The position numbers and the translations under genes were made by a program. Positions 1 through 9,729 of a stretch of DNA of 64,000 nt are shown piece after piece. The DNA comes from Candidatus Micrarchaeota archaeon. GTDB taxonomy: Archaea > B1Sed10-29 > B47-G15. The notes under the pieces were generated by a model, which did no database searches, was not told the DNA's origin, and saw nothing but the letters and a program-made list of their open reading frames with translations. The number at the start of each line of letters is the position of its first letter. Positions within the stretch are counted from its first letter, which is position 1. Where the stretch lies: NCBI GenBank assembly GCA_003660975.1, contig QMVG01000001.1, positions 183,900-247,899 on the forward strand. The letters are read 5' to 3'.

Positions 1-1214
1 CATAGCTCCTTTACTTCCTCTCTTACCTTCTTTTTTATGCTCTCATCATTTGGGTGCTCCAAGACTTTTACTATCATATCTGCTATCTGCCTCATCTCTG
101 ACTCTTTCATACCTCTGCTTGTCAAGGCAGGTGTACCTATACGTATGCCGCTGGGGTCAAATGGCTTCCTGCTGTCAAATGGAATCATGTTTTTATTTAC
201 TGTTATTCCAACCTCATCCAATACAGTCTCAGCTTCCTTTCCTGTGAGCCCTTTTGGCGTTACATCTGCAAGTATAAGGTGCGTGTCTGTTCCTCCTGTT
301 ACCAAATCTAGGCCCTGTGAGATTAACTCCTCTGCCATTGCCTTTGCATTTTTTACTATCTGCCTTGCATAATCTTTGAATTCTGGCTGCATGGCCAAGT
401 GGAAGCATACTGCTTTTGCTGCTATTATGTGGTCCAAAGGCCCTCCCTGCATCATTGGAAAGACAGCCCTGTCAATTGCCTTTGCGTATTCCTCCTTGCA
501 GAGTATCAAACCTCCTCTGGGTCCTCTCAATGTCTTTTGCGTTGTGGAGGTAACTACATCTGCATGGGGAAAAGGATGCTGATGAACTCCTCCGACAATT
601 AGGCCAGCAATATGGGCTATGTCGGCCATGAGCAAGCAGCCAAATTCATCACATATCTCTCTTGCCTGTTTAAAGTCATATTCTCTTGGGTATGCTGTTG
701 CTCCCATCACCATTAACTTTGCTTTATGCTCTTTCATCAATTTTCTTATCTGCTCAAAGTCAATGAGCTGGTCCTCTTTTCTCACGCCGTATTGCACAGC
801 TTTGTATATCTTCCCGGAAAAATTTACAGGGTGGCCGTGGCTGAGATGACCCCCGTGGGCAAGGGACATGCCAATGAACGTGTCGCCAGGCTCAAGTAGG
901 GCGAAATAAGCTGCCATGTTTGCCTGAGAGCCTGAGTGGGGCTGCACATTTGCGTGCTCTGCATTGAAAAGTTTTTTAGCCCTGTCGATTGCAAGTTGCT
1001 CGGATAAGTCAATAAATTGGTTGCCTCCATAATATCTTTTGAAAGGATAGCCTTCTGAGTACTTATTTGTCATAACACTGCCAGCTGCCTCCAACACCGC
1101 CTCATATGTAAAATTCTCAGAACCTATCAGCTCCAATGTATTTCTTTGCCTTTCCAGCTCTTTTTGCATTATGTCAGCCATTTCAGGGTCTGCCTTTCTC
1201 AAAAACTCCATCAT
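1..1214 (-). CDS. glyA: Serine hydroxymethyltransferase (3' end runs off the window)
   Basis: Manual translation of the minus strand (absent from the ORF track): [51 protein letters not shown], ending ..VREEVKEL. These are hallmark SHMT motifs. Confidence 0.96.
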   Translation of the reverse strand, partial: MMEFLRKADPEMADIMQKELERQRNTLELIGSENFTYEAVLEAAGSVMTNKYSEGYPFKRYYGGNQFIDLSEQLAIDRAKKLFNAEHANVQPHSGSQANMAAYFALLEPGDTFIGMSLAHGGHLSHGHPVNFSGKIYKAVQYGVRKEDQLIDFEQIRKLMKEHKAKLMVMGATAYPREYDFKQAREICDEFGCLLMADIAHIAGLIVGGVHQHPFPHADVVTSTTQKTLRGPRGGLILCKEEYAKAIDRAVFPMMQGGPLDHIIAAKAVCFHLAMQPEFKDYARQIVKNAKAMAEELISQGLDLVTGGTDTHLILADVTPKGLTGKEAETVLDEVGITVNKNMIPFDSRKPFDPSGIRIGTPALTSRGMKESEMRQIADMIVKVLEHPNDESIKKKVREEVKEL

Positions 1215-2577
1215 GCTTACCAGCCTCCAATGATTTTAAAATCTTCTCACAAAGGCCGCAGTTGGCCATTTCAGGACAATCACCATAGATAACGCCTTGC
1301 GGGTAAGAATACTTGCTTGCTATGGGAGAGGTTTTTCTCAATATGGCAGCTATCTTATTTGCTATGGCTCTTATCTCCCACTGCGCTTCAATACACGTCC
1401 TCTTTCCTATTGCATGCATTGCGTTCCATCCATTTATATGTACTAGGTCGTATAAGAGCAGACTGTGTGGCACTAGACCTATTGCTTCTTTCCTTTCAAT
1501 GCCTGCTTCTGTGAGCTCTTTGTATAACTGCATCATCTCATCCTTTATCCTCTCAAATTCAGACAGGAAATCAGATGACTTTACAGAAGGAGGTATAATG
1601 TGCTTGTTTCTTTTAGCTGCGTCATATATTGACTCTACGGACTGATCCCAGGTCCTTTGCCTAGTTGCTTGGTGGTATGTAGCTATGGACATTGGCACCA
1701 GAAAAGCTGAAAACTTTCCGTTATGGACGTGTTTAAGTGCAGACAAGTCTGATTCGTTTCTCTGTCTAACAGCCCTGTCAACAACCTCTTCAGCTATTTC
1801 GTGTTCTACGTATATTGGCTCTCTGACCTCTCCATATTTGCTGATAATCTCATTTACCGTTTGGTTTTGCGATGAGTAGAGCACTGGTGATGGGTAGAAT
1901 GCAAGTGTCTCATAATTCCAGCCCCACTTTGTAAAGAGGTTTGGAGCCCTCTGCTTTGCCTTTTTAATTATGTCTTCAACCACATCAACAACTGCTGAAG
2001 GTGTCTCTCCCTGCTCATTAAGTGTCAGTAGGTGTATCAATTCCCTTGCATCTCCCCCTGTTTGGATATTGGTTCTAGTATAAAGTGGCAGTATATATCT
2101 TGCGTCTTCGTTTGGGATGCCTTTTTTTGACATCTTTTCATACAAGTTAAAAGCTTCACTTAGCGTTTTCTTTACTTTCTCAAAAAAATCAGACTTTCTT
2201 ATCTGCTTTGGCAGATAAAAGCCCCTATCTGCAGATGCCCTTCTCAATGACTGTTGCAGGTGAGCGAGGTATTGGGGCAGGCATAGTTGCAGTGTAGCGG
2301 CTCTTGTTAGGTTCTCTATGGAGAATATGAAATAGTTTTGGTCTATTACGCTTCCGTGTCCTCTTCCTGCGCTGTTCTTTAGCACTGCAACCTTTTTCTT
2401 TTCAAGGGCTTCTGGGCTTTTTTCATTTAGGTCTTTTATTAAAAGATGGTATGAGGACTCCTCTTTAAAGCAAGCCATGGCTCCGTAGACGGAGAGCTCT
2501 TCTGGCCCTATCCTGCTGTCATCTGGATTCACTGTTACTGCAAGCAGCCTTACCTCTGCAGCCTTGGATACATCCAT
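1183..2577 (-). CDS. thyX: Flavin-dependent thymidylate synthase, tandem double ThyX domain
   Basis: RGHGSV, QQSLRR and EDARYILP in the first half. [15 protein letters not shown] and [12 protein letters not shown] in the second half. Overlaps the glyA start. Confidence 0.85.
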   Translation of the reverse strand: MDVSKAAEVRLLAVTVNPDDSRIGPEELSVYGAMACFKEESSYHLLIKDLNEKSPEALEKKKVAVLKNSAGRGHGSVIDQNYFIFSIENLTRAATLQLCLPQYLAHLQQSLRRASADRGFYLPKQIRKSDFFEKVKKTLSEAFNLYEKMSKKGIPNEDARYILPLYTRTNIQTGGDARELIHLLTLNEQGETPSAVVDVVEDIIKKAKQRAPNLFTKWGWNYETLAFYPSPVLYSSQNQTVNEIISKYGEVREPIYVEHEIAEEVVDRAVRQRNESDLSALKHVHNGKFSAFLVPMSIATYHQATRQRTWDQSVESIYDAAKRNKHIIPPSVKSSDFLSEFERIKDEMMQLYKELTEAGIERKEAIGLVPHSLLLYDLVHINGWNAMHAIGKRTCIEAQWEIRAIANKIAAILRKTSPIASKYSYPQGVIYGDCPEMANCGLCEKILKSLEAGKHDGVFEKGRP

Positions 2578-2604
2578 GATATCATAGAAGTTATGCCAAG
2601 CATT

Positions 2605-3522
2605 CTATTTATCTCTTTTCTCAAGCAAAACGACTCTTGACGCCTCTTGCTCGTCTTTATATTCGTAAAGGCTGCTGTGTTTCAGTATTTGCTGGGCAAA
2701 TGCCTTGACCTCATGGTGTCTTGGCATATTTGATATTGAAAGTCTCTGCCTTGAACCACCTATAAACATGTATGCTTTAACCTCAACATATGTGGAAGCT
2801 GTCTCATCCAGGATTTTGGCATATTGCTCTGGATTGACATCATTTAAGCCTTTTACCATTGTAATCCTAACAACCGTGTTGTTCTTCTTTTCTTTGAGCA
2901 TGGACAGTGATTGCATTATTGAGTCCCAGGCCTTATCAACCAAAGGCCTGTCTATCTTTTTGTGCAATTCCCTATTTGGGGCATCTAAGGAGATATAGAG
3001 GTTTGTTGGCTCTATCTTATCTATCATTTCTGGAGCTAAACCATTGGACACCACGAATGTACTAAAACCGTGTCTCTTGTAAACACCTATCAGCTCTGGC
3101 AGATATGGATATAGGGTGGGCTCTCCTGTCAAAGAGATGGCAACCTGGTTTGGGTTCATGGCCTCCTCGTATTTTTGTATGTCTATTTGTTCTGGGATAC
3201 CTCCCAAACCAGACAGCAATTTCCTCTGTGCCTTGATTGACTCCTCATATATGTGCTCTGGTTCGTCCCATTCTTTCGGCAGCACATCAGGAGACGGACC
3301 GTATGTCCTCCAACAGAAAACACATCTTTGTTGGCAGTATATACAGGGCGTCATCTGAAGACAGCGGTGGGATTGTATTCCATAAAATTTCTGTTTATAG
3401 CAAACACCCTGGTTTTTTATTGACTTCTTTGTCCAAGTGCAGAGCTTTGCAGCTGAATGTTCCCTTTTTCCAAAGACATTATAGTGCTGCTTTCTCAAAA
3501 TCTGGACATATGCAGAAGACAT
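2605..3522 (-). CDS. taw1: 4-demethylwyosine synthase Taw1/TYW1 (radical SAM)
   Basis: KLCTWTK, CYKQKFYGIQSHRCLQMTP, CxxxCxxC (CQQRCVFCWR), AISLTGEPTLYP, VEVKAYMFIG. Confidence 0.95.
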   Translation of the reverse strand: MSSAYVQILRKQHYNVFGKREHSAAKLCTWTKKSIKNQGVCYKQKFYGIQSHRCLQMTPCIYCQQRCVFCWRTYGPSPDVLPKEWDEPEHIYEESIKAQRKLLSGLGGIPEQIDIQKYEEAMNPNQVAISLTGEPTLYPYLPELIGVYKRHGFSTFVVSNGLAPEMIDKIEPTNLYISLDAPNRELHKKIDRPLVDKAWDSIMQSLSMLKEKKNNTVVRITMVKGLNDVNPEQYAKILDETASTYVEVKAYMFIGGSRQRLSISNMPRHHEVKAFAQQILKHSSLYEYKDEQEASRVVLLEKRDK

Positions 3523-3640
3523 AGCCTAATTTTAGGAAACCAAAAGTTTTAAATATAGATGCTGGATTATTATATCATTCAAAACGCAATCAAAAACTTT
3601 TTAAATGCGGGATTGCTAACAGGAATAGGAGTGAAGAGAT

Positions 3641-3901
3641 ATGGCATCAAAGAAATTTGCAATTGCCAAGCAATTGGGAGGAAAAAGGGTTATTACTAAT
3701 AAAGGAGAGGAAATAGGAAGGCTTAGCGACATGCTTATAGAAGAGAAAAGTGGAAAGATAGATGCCCTGCTTATAGAGCCCAACAGAGAATCAAAGCTAG
3801 CGAGGAATCTTGCCACCCATGACAAATTGGCAATAGTGCCGTATAAATCAGTGTTTGCTGTGAGCGATGTTATTGTTGTTGATGAGAGCTTGCTAGCTTA
3901 A
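3641..3901 (+). CDS. PRC-barrel protein (CdpB2-like cell-division factor)
   Basis: LGGKRVITNKGEEIGRLSDMLIEEKSGKI..VPYKSVFAVSDVIVV is a PRC-barrel pattern. Confidence 0.8.
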   Translation: MASKKFAIAKQLGGKRVITNKGEEIGRLSDMLIEEKSGKIDALLIEPNRESKLARNLATHDKLAIVPYKSVFAVSDVIVVDESLLA

Positions 3902-4912
3902 ATCAATTATTATCTTGCTGCCTTCTTTTCTCGCTTTTGCTGGCAATTCTCTCTTTTCATTGAATGCTTTGATAACTTCCAATACCTTGTCATAGTTCTT
4001 CTTTAACAGCTCTGCCTTCTTTTGGTTGTCATTTATTTCTTTCTTGAACTTTTCCAGCGAAAGCAACTGCTTTTCCAGCCTGAGCTTCAGTTTCATAAGT
4101 TTTTGGCTTTCTTTCTTCTCCACCCGCCTGTAAATCTCATCTATGGCTTCATTCATTGACTTGAACTTGGCCTGTATTTCTCCTCCTGAAACAAGTGGAA
4201 AAGGCCTCAGCTCCCCATCTTGCAGGACAACCTCTTTTTTTCTTTCAGTTAAGGCCTTTATTGCTTTTAATAGCATAGAGAGTTCAAGCTCTGTTACTCC
4301 TTCCTTGTGCTTGTCAATACCAGCTAGGTGGCATATCTCTTCTGCATAGGCTCCCCCTATTTTCAGTCCTTTAACAAGACTTCTAATCACATCTTTTTCA
4401 GTGAGTATCTTTGAAAGACTTTTTTCATTGACGTCAAATGGATTTAATGCCTTTGATTTCGGGTATTCATACAGGACAGCTCTCTCTATTTGCCTGTCTT
4501 TCCACTTTTCTTTTCTAAAGCTGAAAATGATTTTGTAATCAGCATCTGTCAGTATCATATTGCCATGGGAAAAGAATTCAAGTATTAACCTTCTGTCTCC
4601 AAAGTCAAGTGAAACAACCCTGTCAAAGTCGTACTGTTCTATAGATTTCAGTGTCTTTGAAGAAAGGTGCTTTCTCAAAAGCATAGCAAGGTTGCTGGCT
4701 CTCTGGGGTGCTTTTATCTTATATGAGGTGATATTCAAATTTTTGCCTATTTCGACAATTAGCTCTTTCTTTCCTTCCTTTGTGTTGAACGAGAATTTGA
4801 AGAGCTCTTTTCCCAGCTGTTGGACCTTCTGTAGCTGCGAGCCTTCAATCTCTTCTTTGATTTCCTTGATCGTCTCTCTAAGCGCGAATGATGATAAGGC
4901 TTGGCTTTCCAC
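3893..4912 (-). CDS. rqcH: Rqc2/RqcH (NFACT) homolog, N-terminal half only
   Basis: SNLAMLLRKHL, IEQYDFDRVV, LILEFFSHGNMILTD, HhH GGAYAEEICHLAG, then a coiled coil. No NFACT-R domain is visible. Confidence 0.8.
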   Translation of the reverse strand: MESQALSSFALRETIKEIKEEIEGSQLQKVQQLGKELFKFSFNTKEGKKELIVEIGKNLNITSYKIKAPQRASNLAMLLRKHLSSKTLKSIEQYDFDRVVSLDFGDRRLILEFFSHGNMILTDADYKIIFSFRKEKWKDRQIERAVLYEYPKSKALNPFDVNEKSLSKILTEKDVIRSLVKGLKIGGAYAEEICHLAGIDKHKEGVTELELSMLLKAIKALTERKKEVVLQDGELRPFPLVSGGEIQAKFKSMNEAIDEIYRRVEKKESQKLMKLKLRLEKQLLSLEKFKKEINDNQKKAELLKKNYDKVLEVIKAFNEKRELPAKARKEGSKIIIDLS

Positions 4913-5757
4913 AGTGAATCCCTCTTAAATATGTATAGATATAGCAAGGCAGTCATTGCTCCAACGACATGTATCAAGGCAGAGCTTGGCGAGCTGCTTT
5001 CCCTTTGCTTGCCCTGTTCAACATTTTCTTTTGTGTTTATTACTTTATTTAACTTTGTGATTATCCTGCTTTCCTCTTCTTTTACCTCTTCACTCTGCCT
5101 GACTATCTCCTCTTCTCTTGTGCTTATATTGGCTATCTCTTGCCTGTATTCCTCTTCGCTTATCTCTCCCTGCCTGAAGCGCTCCTCATAGCTTAATTTC
5201 TCTGAGGAGAGTCTTGACAACTCCTCCTCTAATATTGCCTTCTTGTTTGACACATTCTCCAACATCCTTGAGCTTAGGAATTCCTCTGAAGCCAAGCTTC
5301 CCCTGTAAAGGTCCACCATCATGGAAAGTAAGGGAATAGCTACAAAAGAGGAGAGAATCAAAGCTGCTGCTGTGTAGAAAAACGCCTTTTTAGCGTCCAC
5401 TATGAAGGCAGCCATCAGCAGCCCAGCAATAGAGGCAGAAGCGCCAACCAAGATGGTGTTTGGATTCAATAATGCAAATGTGATTGCTGCTGTAGCTCCA
5501 GACAAGATGTAGATAGATAAATAGTCGCTGAAACTTAGCTTTTTCTCAGCTATGACTCCAACAGCTATTAAGAGAATGAGGTTGGCAATTAGGTGGGATG
5601 GGCCAACATGCACAAACGTATATGTCAGTATTGAAAGAGGGTTTTCAATTGAAAAGCCGAAGTTTCTCAAGGTTGCTTCTGGAATGTAGAGCAGTGAGGA
5701 GGAAAATAGGAAGTAAAAAAATAGAATAAAGCTGGCAACGATTAGAGTATATCTCAA
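4759..5757 (-). CDS. Rhomboid intramembrane serine protease with a coiled-coil insertion
   Basis: TYTFVHVGPSHLIANL, catalytic GAS (VGASASIAG) and catalytic His (ALIHVVGA). Several TM segments. Confidence 0.85.
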   Translation of the reverse strand: MRYTLIVASFILFFYFLFSSSLLYIPEATLRNFGFSIENPLSILTYTFVHVGPSHLIANLILLIAVGVIAEKKLSFSDYLSIYILSGATAAITFALLNPNTILVGASASIAGLLMAAFIVDAKKAFFYTAAALILSSFVAIPLLSMMVDLYRGSLASEEFLSSRMLENVSNKKAILEEELSRLSSEKLSYEERFRQGEISEEEYRQEIANISTREEEIVRQSEEVKEEESRIITKLNKVINTKENVEQGKQRESSSPSSALIHVVGAMTALLYLYIFKRDSLWKAKPYHHSRLERRSRKSKKRLKARSYRRSNSWEKSSSNSRSTQRKERKS

Positions 5758-5766
5758 TCTATCACC

Positions 5767-6969
5767 TTATAACAACTCCTTTGCTGCAAGCATAGCTATC
5801 TTTGGGGCTTTTGATATGATTTTAATGAAGGTTTTTGCCTTCCTGCCGTCTGCTATGTCAAGTAATAATTCTGGAGTTACCATATCTGCCAGTTTCTCTA
5901 AATCGCTGTCTGAGAGCTTTTCAAAAAAGCGCCTGACTTTAAGTACCTGCAAAAGTTGCTTTCCCCTTTTTTCCATCCACTCATCGTAAAACTGCTTTAA
6001 AAATTTCTCTGACACATCTCCTGCGTCTATTGCTTTTTTCGCTGTTCTCGCTGCTATTATGCCTGCTTCCATGCTTGTTCCCATGCCACCGCCGTGTATT
6101 GGATTTACCATGTGCGCTGCGTCTCCGATAACCATTAAGCCAGACATATATGGTTTGCTTAAAGGAGCTCCCACAGGAATGCAGCCCCCATTCATCTCTA
6201 CTATCGCTGCTTCTCCGAACATCTCTGGATGCCCCTCTATGAAAGCATCTAAAAACTCCTTAGCTGTCTTTTCATGCTGCCCTATGATACCTATGCCAAC
6301 GTTTGCTATGTCGTCCCCTTTTGGGAATATCCAAACATAGCCTCTTGGAGCTATCTCGTTTCCGAAGTAAAGGTGTATCATATCTGGATGCTCAAATTTT
6401 ATATTGACCATCTCGTACTGGAAGCCAGAATCCACTTCATGAGCATTGTTTACTGTATTTATACCAGCAGACCTAGCTGTCTGGGATTCAACGCCATCTG
6501 CTGCTATTACCACCTTTGCCTCAACATCAAATGAGCCATAAGGCGTCCTCACCCTAACACCTTTAACGATGTCTCCTTCTTTTATTACTTCATAGACGGT
6601 GCTTTTGACAAATATCCGCGCTCCTGCCCTGCCAGCATCTATTGCCATTTGCTTGTCAAAGACCTTCCTGTCTATTATCCACCCCTTGTTTTCTGTTGGT
6701 ATAACAATCTTCTTTCCAGAAGGGGAGTAAACAACTGCACCGTGCATCTCCTGTTTGGCCCATGACCTGTCTAATTTTATGTCATTTATTCTCATCCAAG
6801 CTTCTCCAAGACCTTCTCCACATCTAACAGGAGCTCCAACCTCCTGTCTTTTTTCAAACACCACTGTCTTAAGTCCCAAAGAAGCGGCTTCCCTAGCAGC
6901 TCTGCTGCCTCCAGGGCCTGCTCCTACGACAACAACATCAACCTGCTCAGGAATCTGCATTTTCACCAC
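5767..6969 (-). CDS. Digeranylgeranylglycerophospholipid reductase (GGR); start may be 6960
   Basis: VVVVGAGPGG FAD motif, GAPVRCGEG, PRGYVWIFPKG, GDAAHMVNPIHGGG. Confidence 0.93.
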   Translation of the reverse strand: MVKMQIPEQVDVVVVGAGPGGSRAAREAASLGLKTVVFEKRQEVGAPVRCGEGLGEAWMRINDIKLDRSWAKQEMHGAVVYSPSGKKIVIPTENKGWIIDRKVFDKQMAIDAGRAGARIFVKSTVYEVIKEGDIVKGVRVRTPYGSFDVEAKVVIAADGVESQTARSAGINTVNNAHEVDSGFQYEMVNIKFEHPDMIHLYFGNEIAPRGYVWIFPKGDDIANVGIGIIGQHEKTAKEFLDAFIEGHPEMFGEAAIVEMNGGCIPVGAPLSKPYMSGLMVIGDAAHMVNPIHGGGMGTSMEAGIIAARTAKKAIDAGDVSEKFLKQFYDEWMEKRGKQLLQVLKVRRFFEKLSDSDLEKLADMVTPELLLDIADGRKAKTFIKIISKAPKIAMLAAKELL

Positions 6970-7141
6970 CTTTTATCACTTTTATTGCCCCAACAGGGCA
7001 GAATCTCTCACATATGCCGCAATTTATGCATTTTTTAGCATCACAGTCTATCCGTGTTTCCAGTAAAGTTAGTGCGTTCACAGGACATACGGAAACGCAA
7101 CCGCCACAGTATATACACTTTTCTCTGTCCACTTTAATCAT
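6947..7141 (-). CDS. 2[4Fe-4S] ferredoxin
   Basis: CIYCGGCVSVCP and CINCGICERFCP. Directly upstream of and overlapping GGR. Confidence 0.93.
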   Translation of the reverse strand: MIKVDREKCIYCGGCVSVCPVNALTLLETRIDCDAKKCINCGICERFCPVGAIKVIKGGENADS

Positions 7142-7554
7142 AGACTCACCTCTAACAAGCTCTCAAGGTATTGTCTCAGGTCCTCCAAGCTCTCTATAAA
7201 CTTCCCTACATTTTTGTTCTTTTGCTTTTTGGACCTCAAAGCCCTAAGAAATGGGACAACATGTTCATCATGTATGCTTTCAAGGAAACTGTAAAAGATT
7301 TGGCTGAGCTTTGCATCTGTTGAGTAATAATATTTCCTATCTCCGCTTTTTCTCTCTTTTCTTATTAGCCTCAACCTGCTCAATTCATCCAAAGCAATTG
7401 AGATGGCTGGGATGCTATATCCTGTTTTTTCAGCAATCTCTTCTTGAGAGAGCGCCTTATCAGAAATGAGCAATGTGCCGAAAACCCTGCCGTGCAAGGC
7501 GCTCATGCCCCTTGCTTTGAAGAGAAGCTCGAAATTGTCTAATAAGTCCTCCAT
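7138..7554 (-). CDS. GbsR/MarR-family transcriptional regulator
   Basis: GMSALHGRVFGTLL..LSQEEIAEKTGYSIPAISIALDEL..GDRKYYY wHTH pattern. Confidence 0.85.
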   Translation of the reverse strand: MEDLLDNFELLFKARGMSALHGRVFGTLLISDKALSQEEIAEKTGYSIPAISIALDELSRLRLIRKERKSGDRKYYYSTDAKLSQIFYSFLESIHDEHVVPFLRALRSKKQKNKNVGKFIESLEDLRQYLESLLEVSL

Positions 7555-7589
7555 AAATACTTTAGGATTTTTTAAATTTATAAACTTTA

Positions 7590-8243
7590 TTAATCTTCCT
7601 TGTATTCTATGTCATTAAACTCATAGACTACTTTTGAAATCTTCTTTCCTTCGTGCTCATACCTTGAAAGTATCTCTTGCCTTGCGCCTGTGTACTGATG
7701 GAAGTCATGCTTCCTATTTGGGTCCAAAAGCACGTATTTGCTTGGTAGCGCCAAAAGCACAAGAGGCCTGTCAGAGCCGTCCTCCATGGAGCATATCAAA
7801 ACCCTGGCATCTGCACCAAGCCCTCTGAAAGCAGAGCAAAGCAGGATTGCTTTGTCCTCGTAATCTGCGAAGCCTTTCTCAAGCATCTCGTCCTTGTCCA
7901 TCCAAAAGTTAACATCTATTGAAGGAACGCTCATAATTCTTTCAGATATGCTGTCATAAAGCAGGGAGCAGGCCTTTTCCAAATCCCTTTCAGGATCGTA
8001 TGAAGGTATAGATGAGCTTATCTCGTCTAATAGCTCTTTCAATTTTTCAGAATCTGGGCTTACTCTTTTTTTCAAGTCCTGTATTGTTTGGGCTTCATTT
8101 TCCTCTATATATTCCCTATATCTGTCAACGACCGCTTCATAGAGGCGTATCTTGCCATAATATTCTTCTATTTTCTTTTTCAATTTCTCTATTCTCTCCT
8201 CAAGCCACCGTAAATAATCCTCATTGCTCATTTCTTCCTGCAT
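7590..8243 (-). CDS. Coiled coil plus transglutaminase-like domain, catalytic Cys apparently lost
   Basis: FW..EMLEKGFADYEDKAILLCS resembles FWxxPxExLxxGxGDCEDxAILLxS. Also LLDP and YEFND. Confidence 0.6.
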   Translation of the reverse strand: MQEEMSNEDYLRWLEERIEKLKKKIEEYYGKIRLYEAVVDRYREYIEENEAQTIQDLKKRVSPDSEKLKELLDEISSSIPSYDPERDLEKACSLLYDSISERIMSVPSIDVNFWMDKDEMLEKGFADYEDKAILLCSAFRGLGADARVLICSMEDGSDRPLVLLALPSKYVLLDPNRKHDFHQYTGARQEILSRYEHEGKKISKVVYEFNDIEYKED

Positions 8244-8285
8244 AGAATCAACTATGGGTTTATTAAATAGTGTGGAGTGATATTT

Positions 8286-9419
8286 TTAAGCTTTTATCAG
8301 CAAGTAGAGGTTGAAGAGGGCCACTATCATAAAAAGCGTCTGAAACATCACATGAAGAGGTATGGCCAATGCCAGAAGCAAAATAATGATTCTCCCTGTT
8401 GAAAGGCCATTGTCCCTTACCACGATATTTGAGGCTGCGTTTTCTTTGTTTGATTGGTTGCAAACCGCGGCAAAAATAGGCAAGTTAATCATAACGGTGA
8501 AGGCACCCAGAAGAAAGGAGATAAGTGAAAACACTGTGGTGTCAGAAGCCACAGTTGCCATAAGCCACATAGTAAAACTGCCGATGCTGCCTATTTTCAC
8601 AAATGTCCTTCCCCCAAACCTGTCTCTCAAGCGACCGAGAATTATAAACAAGAATGCATAGCCAAGGCCCAATATTGTTGAGGTGAAACCTACAAAAAAG
8701 TAATCGGGCCTATTAAGGTATATGAAAACAGGCCAAAGCATTAGGGCTATGTTGTTTGCGCCCTGGACTATGAAAAGAGAGTAGTAATGGCTTTCATCCG
8801 AGCTGAGCAGGCTTTTAAGTTTGTGCTTAATAGGAACTCTCGTGTCTCTCGTGAGAAACAGAGGCATGGCTGAGGCCAAAACTATTAAAATCGCAGCAGA
8901 TAACAGGGTAGGATAACCAAAATAGACAATCACAGCTGCTGCTATAGAAGGAGCAGCTATGCTAAATAACTGAGGTATGGCCACTAAATATCCTATTTCA
9001 ACGCCTCTCTTTTCCTTGTGCCCATATATGGCAAAATTTATGTTTAGAGGCACCCAATAGAGAGATTGGGCTAGTCCCAATATAACAGCAAGCACAACAA
9101 AAGGGATGTTGATGTACTCAAGTGAAAAGGTCAAAGACAGAAAAAGCACTTGCAAGAGTATTGAAAGCAATATATTGTGCTTTTCCCCTATGTAATAGCC
9201 AATTACAGCAGCTATTGGGTTAAATACTAGCATTGAAAAATAGACGATTAACAAAAAGGTTAGCACATCTGGAATTGCAAAGCCTATGTCCAAAAGGTAT
9301 ATTGGGATAAAAATACCTATCAAACTCAGACCAAATTGCTTTATTGCCCTGTGTATGTATATCTCCTGCAATTCCTCCTTCAACCTAAAACTGTGGAGGA
9401 TATTTATGTGAGAATGCAT
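8286..9419 (-). CDS. MFS transporter
   Basis: About 11-12 hydrophobic segments and GRLRDRFGGR MFS loop motif. Confidence 0.85.
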   Translation of the reverse strand: MHSHINILHSFRLKEELQEIYIHRAIKQFGLSLIGIFIPIYLLDIGFAIPDVLTFLLIVYFSMLVFNPIAAVIGYYIGEKHNILLSILLQVLFLSLTFSLEYINIPFVVLAVILGLAQSLYWVPLNINFAIYGHKEKRGVEIGYLVAIPQLFSIAAPSIAAAVIVYFGYPTLLSAAILIVLASAMPLFLTRDTRVPIKHKLKSLLSSDESHYYSLFIVQGANNIALMLWPVFIYLNRPDYFFVGFTSTILGLGYAFLFIILGRLRDRFGGRTFVKIGSIGSFTMWLMATVASDTTVFSLISFLLGAFTVMINLPIFAAVCNQSNKENAASNIVVRDNGLSTGRIIILLLALAIPLHVMFQTLFMIVALFNLYLLIKA

Positions 9420-9729
9420 AGTTATGTGAAATCAAAACTTATATAAAAAGTAGATTTGCAGCTAATTTTATATTGTGGTGTGGGTTGAGAAAAAACATTG
9501 CCGGTGTCGGAAAATTTATAAGCGCAAAAAGAAGCAAAGTCTAATATGATGACGCCAACACCTATTGCAAATGGGAAAAATGTTTCTCTACTTGGGCGGC
9601 TTTCTTGTTGTTGGCTTTATTGCTAGCTTAATTGATGCCAATGTTTTACATTCCTATGTTTTGTAACTCTCTTTGAAATAAAACGCAAAAGCCAGGAGGT
9701 GAAAAAAGTGAGGATAAAGCAAACAAAAG

